This document shows, in pieces, positions 34,837 through 42,953 of a stretch of DNA of 64,000 bases (the stretch's first letter is position 1; every line of letters begins with the position of its first letter). Both the position numbers and the translations under genes were made by a program. Source of the DNA: Gemmatimonadota bacterium (GTDB lineage: Bacteria; Gemmatimonadota; Gemmatimonadetes; Longimicrobiales; Gaopeijiaceae); the NCBI GenBank assembly GCA_028873845.1, contig JAPPNO010000117.1, forward strand, positions 794-64,793. Reading direction: 5' to 3'. The notes beneath the pieces are model-generated. The model was not told where the DNA came from. It saw nothing but the letters and a program-made list of their open reading frames with translations, and ran no database searches.

Positions 34837-37758
34837 ATGAGATTCGCCCACACCGTCGCCAGCCACATCCTCCGCGCGGCTCCCTTCCTCGCCCTGGCCA
34901 CCCTCGCCACCCTCCCGGCCACCACCACCCCCCAGACAACCCCAGGCGCCACTCTCCAGGCCAACGGCCCCGCCCACTGGCCCCACCACGGCCGCGACGC
35001 CGCCGAGACCCGGCACAGCCCCCTCGACCGGATCAACACCGACAACATCTCCCGCCTCGGCCTCGCCTGGAGCTGGGAGATCCCCAAGACCGGCGCCCGC
35101 CTCGAGACCACCCCCCTCGTCGTCGACGGCGTCCTCTACGGCACCGCCGCCTTCTCCTTCGTCTTCGCGCTCGACGCCGCGACCGGCGAGGAGATCTGGC
35201 GCTGGGACCCGGCGATCCCCCACCAGGAACAGGGCGGACCGCGCACCTGCTGCGGCAACGTCAACCGGGGCGTCGCCATGCACGGCGGCCTGGTTTACGC
35301 AGGACTCCTGGACGGCCGCCTGGTCGCGCTCGACCGCGCCGACGGCTCGGTGCGGTGGACCGTGCAGACCACCCCGGCCGGTACCGACTACACGATCACG
35401 GGCGCACCCCGCATCGTGGGCGACGCGGTGGTGATCGGCAACGGCGGCGCGGATTACGGCGTGCGCGGCTACGTGACCGCCTACGACGCCGGGACGGGCA
35501 AGCAGCTCTGGCGGACCTACACGGTGCCCGGCAACCCCGCCGACGGCTTCGAGAACGAGGCCATGCGCGCGGCGGCCGAAACCTGGTCCGGCGAGTGGTG
35601 GACCTCGGGGGGTGGCGGGACGGTGTGGGACGCCATGGCGGTCGACGAAGCTGCGGGACTGCTCTACATCGGCACCGGCAACGGGTCCCCGTGGAACCGC
35701 GACCACCGCAGCCCGGACGGCGGCGACAACCTCTACCTGTCGTCGATCATGGCGCTCGATCCCGAGGACGGCTCCCTGGCATGGCACTACCAGACCACGC
35801 CCGGCGACGACTGGGACTTCACGGCCACCCAGCCGCTCATGCTGCTCGACCTGGAGATCGGCGGACGCGAACGTCAGGTCATCGCGCAGGCTCCCAAGAA
35901 CGGGTTCTTCTACGTCGTGGACCGGATCACCGGAGAGCTGATCTCGGCGGAGCCCTTCGCGGACGACCTGACGTGGGCCACCTCGGTCGACCCGACATCC
36001 GGCCGTCCAGTCGAAACACCCGAGGCGCGCTACGGCCTGACCGGCAAGGGCGCATACCTCGCTCCCGGCCCAAGTGGTGCCCACAACTGGCATCCCATGT
36101 CGTACAGCCCGCAGACCGGGCTCGTCTACCTTCCGGCCACCAACAACAACTACTACTGGGAGAAGTCCGGCGACTACGACTACCAGGCGGGACGCTGGAA
36201 TACCGGCACCACGCGCGGCAGCGACGCCGACCGGCCCGAACGTCCGGCGCTGAAGGGACCGGCCAACCTGCTCTTGGCCTGGGACCCGGCGGAGAACCGG
36301 GAGGCGTGGCGGGTGCCCGCGGACGGGGATCACGGCGGCACGATGACCACGGCGGGGAACCTGGTCTTCTGGGCGACCGGAACGCGCCTGGCGGCGCTGG
36401 ACGCACACACGGGGCGGGAGCTGTGGTCGGCGGAGGTGGGACGGGGTGCGGGCTCTCCGGTCGCATACGAGGTGGACGGGCACCACTACGTTTCCGTGGC
36501 CGCGGGGCTGACCACCGGCGGGGGCGCGCCGCGGGTGTCGACCTTCGCGCTCGATGCGCAGGCCGGGTCCGCCGGCCGGGAGGTCCAGGAGACGCACACC
36601 ACCGCCGCGCCTGAGGAGGTCGGCCTCGACGGCGAGGTCCTGGCGCGCATCGGGCCGGCCATGCAGGAGGCGATCGACCAGGGGGTCACCGCAGGGATCA
36701 TGACGCTGGTGGCGCGGCGCGGCGAGATCGTCCACTGGGACGCACGGGGATGGCGGGTGCGGGACGAGGACCCCCTCGAGCCCGACGACATCTTCCGCAT
36801 CTACTCGATGACCAAGCCCGTGACGAGCGTCGCCGTCATGATGCTCGTCGAGGACGGCAGGCTTTCGCTCGACGACGAGGTGGCGAGCGTCATCCCGGCC
36901 TTTGCCGGCGTCAAGGTCTACCAGGACAACGGCAACCACCGCACCCCCGACCGCCCCATGCTCATCCGGCACCTGCTGACGCACACGTCGGGGCTCTCCT
37001 ACGGCTACTTCGGCACCAGCGCGGTCGACTCCATGTACAACGCCGACCTGAACGGGCCGGCCACGCTGGGCGGATACGACCTCGAGCGGCGCGTGGAGAT
37101 CCTCGCCTCGCTTCCCATGGTCGACGACCCCGGGGACCGCTGGAACTACAGCCTGTCCACCGACCTGCTGGGCCGAGTCGTGGAGGTCGTGTCCGGCCAG
37201 AGCTTCGACCGCTTCCTGCAGGACCGCATCTTCGGGCCCCTGGGCATGCACGACACGGGGTTTCAGGTCCCCGCCGACAGTCAGGATCGGTTCACGGCCA
37301 TGTACTGGCAGACCCCCGAGGGACTGCAGATGGGCGATTCACCGACCGAGGGCTCCTACACCCGGACACCCGCGTGGCTGTCGGGCGGCGGCGGCCTGGT
37401 CTCGACGGCGAGCGACTACCTGCGCTTCTGCCGCATGCTGCTGGGCGGTGGCGAACTGGACGGCGTCCGGGTGCTGGAGGCGGAGACGGTTCGCCTCATG
37501 ACCCGCAATCACCTCGCGGACGGACTTCTTCCCGTCATGGGGATTCCCGGCATGGGCTTCGGGCTGGGGTTCGCGGTGCCGGCGGGTGCCGACGACGGGG
37601 CCTACTGGTGGTCCGGCGTGGCCAACACCTACTTCTGGATCGATCCGGCCGAAGATATCATCGCCTTCGCGTGGACCCAGCTGCAGCCCTTCGGCCGCGC
37701 CCCGGTCGACCGTATCCTCAGGCCGCTGGTCCAACAGGCGATCATGAACGAGAACTGA
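34837..37758 (+). CDS. PQQ-dependent alcohol dehydrogenase fused in frame to a beta-lactamase-fold serine hydrolase
   Basis: 973 codons with no stop. The N-terminal part is a quinoprotein ADH, with the vicinal-Cys motif GPRTCCGNVNRG and the blocks NGFFYVVDR and GAHNWHPMSY. From about 36620 the sequence is a serine hydrolase: IYSMTKPV (SxxK), RWNYS and GGGGLVSTASDY. Confidence 0.8.
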   Translation: MRFAHTVASHILRAAPFLALATLATLPATTTPQTTPGATLQANGPAHWPHHGRDAAETRHSPLDRINTDNISRLGLAWSWEIPKTGARLETTPLVVDGVLYGTAAFSFVFALDAATGEEIWRWDPAIPHQEQGGPRTCCGNVNRGVAMHGGLVYAGLLDGRLVALDRADGSVRWTVQTTPAGTDYTITGAPRIVGDAVVIGNGGADYGVRGYVTAYDAGTGKQLWRTYTVPGNPADGFENEAMRAAAETWSGEWWTSGGGGTVWDAMAVDEAAGLLYIGTGNGSPWNRDHRSPDGGDNLYLSSIMALDPEDGSLAWHYQTTPGDDWDFTATQPLMLLDLEIGGRERQVIAQAPKNGFFYVVDRITGELISAEPFADDLTWATSVDPTSGRPVETPEARYGLTGKGAYLAPGPSGAHNWHPMSYSPQTGLVYLPATNNNYYWEKSGDYDYQAGRWNTGTTRGSDADRPERPALKGPANLLLAWDPAENREAWRVPADGDHGGTMTTAGNLVFWATGTRLAALDAHTGRELWSAEVGRGAGSPVAYEVDGHHYVSVAAGLTTGGGAPRVSTFALDAQAGSAGREVQETHTTAAPEEVGLDGEVLARIGPAMQEAIDQGVTAGIMTLVARRGEIVHWDARGWRVRDEDPLEPDDIFRIYSMTKPVTSVAVMMLVEDGRLSLDDEVASVIPAFAGVKVYQDNGNHRTPDRPMLIRHLLTHTSGLSYGYFGTSAVDSMYNADLNGPATLGGYDLERRVEILASLPMVDDPGDRWNYSLSTDLLGRVVEVVSGQSFDRFLQDRIFGPLGMHDTGFQVPADSQDRFTAMYWQTPEGLQMGDSPTEGSYTRTPAWLSGGGGLVSTASDYLRFCRMLLGGGELDGVRVLEAETVRLMTRNHLADGLLPVMGIPGMGFGLGFAVPAGADDGAYWWSGVANTYFWIDPAEDIIAFAWTQLQPFGRAPVDRILRPLVQQAIMNEN

Positions 37759-37778
37759 CCGGACAGGACCTTCAGGCA

Positions 37779-40373
37779 ATGGTTTCCGCAAGACCGTTTC
37801 TCCTTCTCCTCGCCGTCGTCCCGTACGCGTGCGGCGGCGGCGACACGCCGGTCGATCCCCCGGTCGCCACCACGATCACCGTCACCCCGTCGGAGGTCTC
37901 CTTCGCGTCGGTCGGCGACACCGAGCAGCTGTCGGCCAGGGTGTTCGACCAGTACGGCAGCCCCATGGCCAATGTGACCGTGCAGTGGTCGAGCATTCGT
38001 CCGACGGTCGCGCAGGTGGAGATCGGATCGGGGCTGGTCACTTCGGCGGGCAACGGGACGACCACCGTCACCGCGCGGGCGGGAGGCGCGGCCGGGCAGG
38101 CGGCGGTCACCGTGGAGCAGGTGCCCACCGGAATCGAGACGGCGCGCGGCGACGGGCAGGAGGGCTTCATCGGCGAGCCGCTGCCGGTTTCGCCGGCGGC
38201 CCGGGTGCTCGACGCCAACGGGAACCCCGCGGGGGACATTGCCGTCTCGTTCGAGGTGACCTCGGGTGGCGGCTCCATCTCGAAGACCTCCGACGTCACC
38301 GGCGCCGACGGTCTTGCGGAGACCGGGTGGACGCTGGGCAGCGACTCGGTGCAGACGCTGACCGCCACCGCCGCCGGGATGACCGCCGAGTTCACGGCGA
38401 CCGCGGGCGAGAGGCCCGTCACCATACTTGCCGATTCCCTGGACTGGGGCCGCGCCACCGTCGCGTACGACTACACGCTCGAGGCACGGGGAGGAACCAA
38501 CGAGGGCTACCTCTGGAGTCTCGGCGAGGGGTCCGCGCTCCCGCCGGGGCTGGAACTCTCGATCGACGGGATCGTGCACGGCACCCCGTCCGAATCGGGC
38601 GACTTCGAGTTCACGGTGCGGGTCGTCGACTCCGGCGGCGAGGAGGCCGACGCGGACCTGGCAATGCATGTGTGCGACGGGCCGCTCGGCCTGGCGGTCG
38701 GGGACGTGCGAACCTTCGAGCCTCCGGAGGTCGGACCGTGCGGGCTGTTCGTGCGGGCCCCCGAAGCATCCGCGTACTACCGCGTCACCTTCGCCGGACT
38801 GGACCTGTGGTCGGACCAGTCCCTGAACGTGCAGCTGGCGGTGGAGGGGGTTTCGTCCGGGGAGGGAGCGGGGCTGCGGCGCATATCCGGAAAGCGGTCG
38901 CCGGCCACGGCGGACTCAATATCGAACCGGGGAATCGACTGGGCCCGCGCCGTCGAGATCCAGCAGGCCAACGAAGCCCTTCACGACCAGGTCCGCCGCG
39001 AGGAGATGGAGCTCTACCGCAGGCTCGCGGACGAAGGCCGCCTGGGAACCATGCTCGACCGCGCCATCGAGGCGCAGGAGGCACGGCGCACGGCCCCCCC
39101 GCGGAGATTTTCGCCGCATACGTTCCGGCTCTACGCCCGGGGCAGCGGCAACAACTGCGCCGTCGATACGACCGTGGTCGCCGACGTGATCGCCGAGAAC
39201 GACCACCTCGTGGTCTACGAAGAGGTGGGGACCACCGCTCCGGTGCCGGTGGAGAATGTCAACAGGATCCTCGACTTCTACTCGGATCATGGGGCGGAGG
39301 TCATCGAGCGCTATTTCGGCGGCGTCAGCGATGTCGACAACAACGGCAGGATCACCGTTCTGATCGATCCCACGCTGGAAGGGGTGCGCGGCTTCGTGTG
39401 GTCGGGGGACATGACCTTCACCACCAACGAGTGCGCCGCGTCCAACGAGATGGAGCTCATCCACATGAGCCGCGGCGCCTTCCTCCTGGACAACTCGCTG
39501 TGGGCCTACTCGGGAATGGTCCACGAAGCGGTGCACGTGAGCTCGCTCTACAAGCGCGTGCGCAGCCACCACGTCCGCGGTCGTCCCCCCGGGGCGCGGA
39601 TCTTCAATCCCACATGGGTCGAAGAGGGCAGAGCGGAAATCGGCAAGGAGATGAGTTCGCGGATCGCGTGGGGGCGGGCGGGCGGACCGGCGCCGGGTGC
39701 GCGCGTGACCGGCGACATGATGCGCGACGGACTGCGCAACGCGCGGCCGCAGACGTTCGGAACCTTCCAGATCATGGCGCGCGTCGTGAGGGCCGTGTCG
39801 GCGCGCCCCAACGCGGTCACCTTCGAGGCCGGCGACGGCGCAACCGTCTACGGAAGCGGGTGGCACTTCCACCGGTTTCTGCGGGACCGCGCCATGTTCG
39901 GCGCCGCCGATGCACAGGGCGCCGACGAGACTCTGGTTGCGCAGCTCAACGACTCGCTGTCGATGCCCGGAGTCCCGGGGATCGCCGAGGTCACCGGCGA
40001 GAATCCGGCCGACCTTCTCGCGGGGTACGCGGCCGCGATCTCCATTGCCGGTGCGGAGAGCCGGGTCGCCGACGAAGACGTGCCGAGGTTCCTGCTCTAC
40101 GACTTTCCGACGGCGACCGAGATCTTCTCGACTCCCGACCCGCCGGGACGCTATCCGTGGCCCGTCACGATCTCCGGCAGCGACGATTTCGGCTCCCGGT
40201 CCGCGGTGGATCTCGCGGCCACCGCGCGCTACAGCGGCCGGGTCACCACGAACGGGACCCGCATCTACGACTTCGAGGCCCTGAGGGCCGGTGCCGCCGC
40301 CGTCTTCCGCGTCACCGGGAACTGGCGGGTCAGGATGATCATCGCCCGCGTGCCGAAACCGCCGGGGTTCTGA
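37779..40373 (+). CDS. Big_2/He_PIG Ig-like lipoprotein with C-terminal HExxH domain (putative zinc metallopeptidase)
   Basis: Lipobox AVVPYAC. There are two Big_2-like modules (ITVTPSEVSFASVGDTEQL...) and a He_PIG-like module (YDYTLEARGG...LPPGLELSIDGIVHGTPSESGDFEFTV). A ~500-aa domain follows, containing GMVHEAVHVSS. Confidence 0.8.
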   Translation: MVSARPFLLLLAVVPYACGGGDTPVDPPVATTITVTPSEVSFASVGDTEQLSARVFDQYGSPMANVTVQWSSIRPTVAQVEIGSGLVTSAGNGTTTVTARAGGAAGQAAVTVEQVPTGIETARGDGQEGFIGEPLPVSPAARVLDANGNPAGDIAVSFEVTSGGGSISKTSDVTGADGLAETGWTLGSDSVQTLTATAAGMTAEFTATAGERPVTILADSLDWGRATVAYDYTLEARGGTNEGYLWSLGEGSALPPGLELSIDGIVHGTPSESGDFEFTVRVVDSGGEEADADLAMHVCDGPLGLAVGDVRTFEPPEVGPCGLFVRAPEASAYYRVTFAGLDLWSDQSLNVQLAVEGVSSGEGAGLRRISGKRSPATADSISNRGIDWARAVEIQQANEALHDQVRREEMELYRRLADEGRLGTMLDRAIEAQEARRTAPPRRFSPHTFRLYARGSGNNCAVDTTVVADVIAENDHLVVYEEVGTTAPVPVENVNRILDFYSDHGAEVIERYFGGVSDVDNNGRITVLIDPTLEGVRGFVWSGDMTFTTNECAASNEMELIHMSRGAFLLDNSLWAYSGMVHEAVHVSSLYKRVRSHHVRGRPPGARIFNPTWVEEGRAEIGKEMSSRIAWGRAGGPAPGARVTGDMMRDGLRNARPQTFGTFQIMARVVRAVSARPNAVTFEAGDGATVYGSGWHFHRFLRDRAMFGAADAQGADETLVAQLNDSLSMPGVPGIAEVTGENPADLLAGYAAAISIAGAESRVADEDVPRFLLYDFPTATEIFSTPDPPGRYPWPVTISGSDDFGSRSAVDLAATARYSGRVTTNGTRIYDFEALRAGAAAVFRVTGNWRVRMIIARVPKPPGF

Positions 40374-40381
40374 CTGCGGGC

Positions 40382-40412
40382 AGCCGGACCAGCCGCGGCC
40401 GCGGGTCCGGCT
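40382..40412. terminator. GC hairpin between convergent genes (possible bidirectional terminator)
   Basis: agccggacc (40382-40390) pairs with ggtccggct (40404-40412) around a 13-nt loop. There is no U-tract. Confidence 0.35.
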
Positions 40413-40894
40413 CAGCCGCTCGCCGCCAACTGCTGGGGCAGCGTCGTGACCGACACGACTTCGAAACGCCGTTCGCCCACGGGCAGCCGGATCGTGATTT
40501 CGTCCCCCTCGCGCGCACCGGTAAACCCCCGTCCCAGGGGCGAATCCAGGGAGATGTGGCCCTTCTCGAAGTCGATGAAGTCGCCCGCCACGATCGTGAA
40601 GCTGGTCAGTTCGCCCATCGCCAGGTCCCGCACCTCGATCCGCGACCCGAAACCGACCCGGTCGGCGGGCATGTCCGTGACATCGATCTTCGAGATCTCG
40701 GCCATGCGCCCCGCCAGGTGCCCGATCCGCGCCTGCACGAACTGCTGGCGCTCGAGCGCGCTCTTGTACTCGGAGTTCTCACGCAGATCCCCCAGTTCCA
40801 CCGCCTTCCGGATGCGCTCCGGCAGGATCACGTTGAGCTCGTGGGTGAGGGTGTCGACCTCCTCGGAGATCCTGGTCTTGATTTCGTCGAGCAT
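40412..40894 (-). CDS. greA: transcription elongation factor GreA
   Basis: MLDEIKTRISEEVDTLTHELNVILPERIRKAVELGDLRENSEYKSALERQ and the C-terminal FKBP-like domain, 160 aa in total. Confidence 0.9.
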   Translation of the reverse strand: MLDEIKTRISEEVDTLTHELNVILPERIRKAVELGDLRENSEYKSALERQQFVQARIGHLAGRMAEISKIDVTDMPADRVGFGSRIEVRDLAMGELTSFTIVAGDFIDFEKGHISLDSPLGRGFTGAREGDEITIRLPVGERRFEVVSVTTLPQQLAASG

Positions 40895-41053
40895 GGGCCG
40901 GAGCCTCGGTGGGTGGCGGAACGGGAATGAACCAGCCGCTGGGTTCCTGCGGGGGACTGCGGAGGTGGGGCCGGTTGGCCGGGGAAGCAAGGAAAGTAAC
41001 CAATGACTGCCCGAGGATGAAACCGCAAGCGTGCCGATGGCCGCCGGTTAGCG

Positions 41054-42175
41054 TTAGCCGCGCCGACTCTCCGGGAGGCCGGGCGGCTCGCCGGGGAGCA
41101 GCGCCCACACTCGCTCGGCGCTTGCGCGGACCGCCGCCTGGTCGGGGCCGGTGATGTTCACGTGACCGAGCTTGCGCCCGGGCCGCGCGGCCTTGTCGTA
41201 GAGGTGCAGGTGGACGCCGGGGATCGCCGCGACGGCGGCCGCGTCGGGAAGCTCGCCGATGATGTTGAGCATGGCGGCCGGGCCGGGCACCCGAGGTGTG
41301 GCGAGGGGGAGTCCGGTGACGGCGCGGATGTGGTTTTCGAACTGGCTGGTGTGCGCGCCGTCCAGCGTCCAGTGGCCCGAGTTGTGCACGCGCGGCGCCA
41401 TCTCGTTGGCGAGGAGGCGGCCGTCTTCCTCGAAGAGCTCGATGGCCAGCACGCCCGCATAGTCCAGCTCGTCCATGATGGACCCGGCCAAGGTCTCGGC
41501 GGCGGACTGCAGCGCGGGCGTGAGCCGCCGGGCGGGCGCGTAGCTGGCGCGCAGGATCCCCCCCCGGTGATGGTTCTCGGTGAGGGGGTAGAAGACGCGG
41601 TTCCCGTCCCGGCCCCGGACCGCGATGATGCTCAACTCGCGCTCGAAGCGGATGAACCGTTCCGCGATCAGGCCCGGGCCGAGGGCGTCCAGGGCGGCGG
41701 CGGCGGATTCGGGCGACCGCGCGACGATCTGGCCCTTGCCGTCGTAGCCGAAACGGCGGGTCTTGATGACGGCGGGAAGGGCGGTGACGGCGAGGGCGGG
41801 GTCCAGGTCGGCAGCGGTGTCGAGGCGGTGGAAGGGGGCGGTGGGGATGCCGAGATGGGCAAACATGCGTTTCTCGGCCAGACGGTCCTGGGTCGCGCCC
41901 AGCGCACGTGGCGGAGGGAGGACGGGGAGACGCTCGGCGAGGTAGGCCGCGCTCGCGGCCGGGACGTTCTCGAATTCGTAGGTGACCACGTCCGCGCCCC
42001 CGGCGATGCGTGCCAGTGCGTCCGCATCGTCATAGGCGGCCGCGACCAGCGTGCCGAGCGCTTCGGCGGGCGGGTCCGGTCCCGGCTCCAGAAAGGTGAA
42101 GCGGTGTCCCAGCGGGATTCCTTCCAGCGCCAGCATGCGGCCAAGCTGCCCGCCGCCGAGGACCGCGACCCTCAC
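41054..42175 (-). CDS. purK: 5-(carboxyamino)imidazole ribonucleotide synthase
   Basis: VRVAVLGGGQLGRM, an ATP-grasp core (VIKTRRFGYDGKGQ), NEMAPRVHNSGHWT and RKLGHVNI. The GTG start was chosen to give about 373 aa. Confidence 0.88.
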   Translation of the reverse strand: MRVAVLGGGQLGRMLALEGIPLGHRFTFLEPGPDPPAEALGTLVAAAYDDADALARIAGGADVVTYEFENVPAASAAYLAERLPVLPPPRALGATQDRLAEKRMFAHLGIPTAPFHRLDTAADLDPALAVTALPAVIKTRRFGYDGKGQIVARSPESAAAALDALGPGLIAERFIRFERELSIIAVRGRDGNRVFYPLTENHHRGGILRASYAPARRLTPALQSAAETLAGSIMDELDYAGVLAIELFEEDGRLLANEMAPRVHNSGHWTLDGAHTSQFENHIRAVTGLPLATPRVPGPAAMLNIIGELPDAAAVAAIPGVHLHLYDKAARPGRKLGHVNITGPDQAAVRASAERVWALLPGEPPGLPESRRG

Positions 42176-42212
42176 CGGCGCCTCGCCGCCCGGCTCGCCG
42201 GGTCGCTCGACC

Positions 42213-42728
42213 TCACCTTCCGCCGCCGACGGGCGGTGGCTCCCGCGGGTCCGGGTCGGCCAGAACCGCTTCGGTGCGTTCACGGGCCCAGGCGCGGACC
42301 GCTTCCCGTATGGCGGGGTGTTCCCCACCCAGAATCCGTCCCGCCAGCAGTCCGGCATTGGTGGCCCCCGCCTCCCCGATCGCCATCGTCCCTACGGGCA
42401 CACCCCCGGGCATCTGCACGATCGACAGCAGCGAGTCCATGCCCTTGAGCGCGCGCGATTGGACGGGCACGCCGATCACCGGAAGGACCGTCTTCGATGC
42501 GACCATCCCGGGAAGGTGCGCGGCCCCGCCCGCCCCGGCGATGATGACGCGAATGCCGCGATCCTCGGCGCCGGAGGCGTACTCGAAGAGCAGATCCGGG
42601 GTGCGGTGCGCGGACACGACGCGGGCTTCGTACGGGACCCCGAGAGCGTCGAGCGAGTCGCACGCATGCTTCATCGTGGCCCAGTCGCTACGGGATCCCA
42701 TGATCACGCCTACGAGTGGTCGGCTCAT
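42213..42728 (-). CDS. purE: 5-(carboxyamino)imidazole ribonucleotide mutase
   Basis: [39 protein letters not shown] and GVPV are PurE signatures. The track ORF 42213-44657 is trimmed accordingly. Confidence 0.92.
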   Translation of the reverse strand: MSRPLVGVIMGSRSDWATMKHACDSLDALGVPYEARVVSAHRTPDLLFEYASGAEDRGIRVIIAGAGGAAHLPGMVASKTVLPVIGVPVQSRALKGMDSLLSIVQMPGGVPVGTMAIGEAGATNAGLLAGRILGGEHPAIREAVRAWARERTEAVLADPDPREPPPVGGGR

Positions 42729-42953
42729 TGGGGAGGGGGCGGGTGGAGGGTGGAAGGAGGAAGAATCGATTGTGCTCTGGTGGGCGGGGGATTTCAAGGG
42801 GTGGGGGGCGGCGCGCGCGGGCATACCCGGACTCACAGTTGACTTTTCCGTCCACGAAACGACGCCCCGCCTCAAGGCCGTATCTTTCAGTGCCGTGACA
42901 TGACACCCGTGCGCGGAGGAATCCGCGCTGCCCACCGAAAGCACCATCACCGC

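Noticed and set aside
34738-37251. 837-aa minus-strand ORF
   Set aside because: It is an antisense shadow of the PQQ-ADH/hydrolase gene, with no recognisable motif and extreme Arg/Gly/Val/Pro composition.
36750-37778. 5' part of track ORF 36750-40373, and other long alternative-frame ORFs (for example 37829-40930 and 57228-59855)
   Set aside because: These are frame-shifted overlaps with genes that have strong motifs. Their products are Arg/Gly/Pro-rich and lack motifs.
42893-42904. 12-mer gtgacatgacac shared with 54224-54235, and the 11-mer cgaatctacag shared between 20968 and 23588
   Set aside because: Exact 11-12-mer coincidences are expected by chance many times in 64 kb read on both strands, and the flanks do not align.
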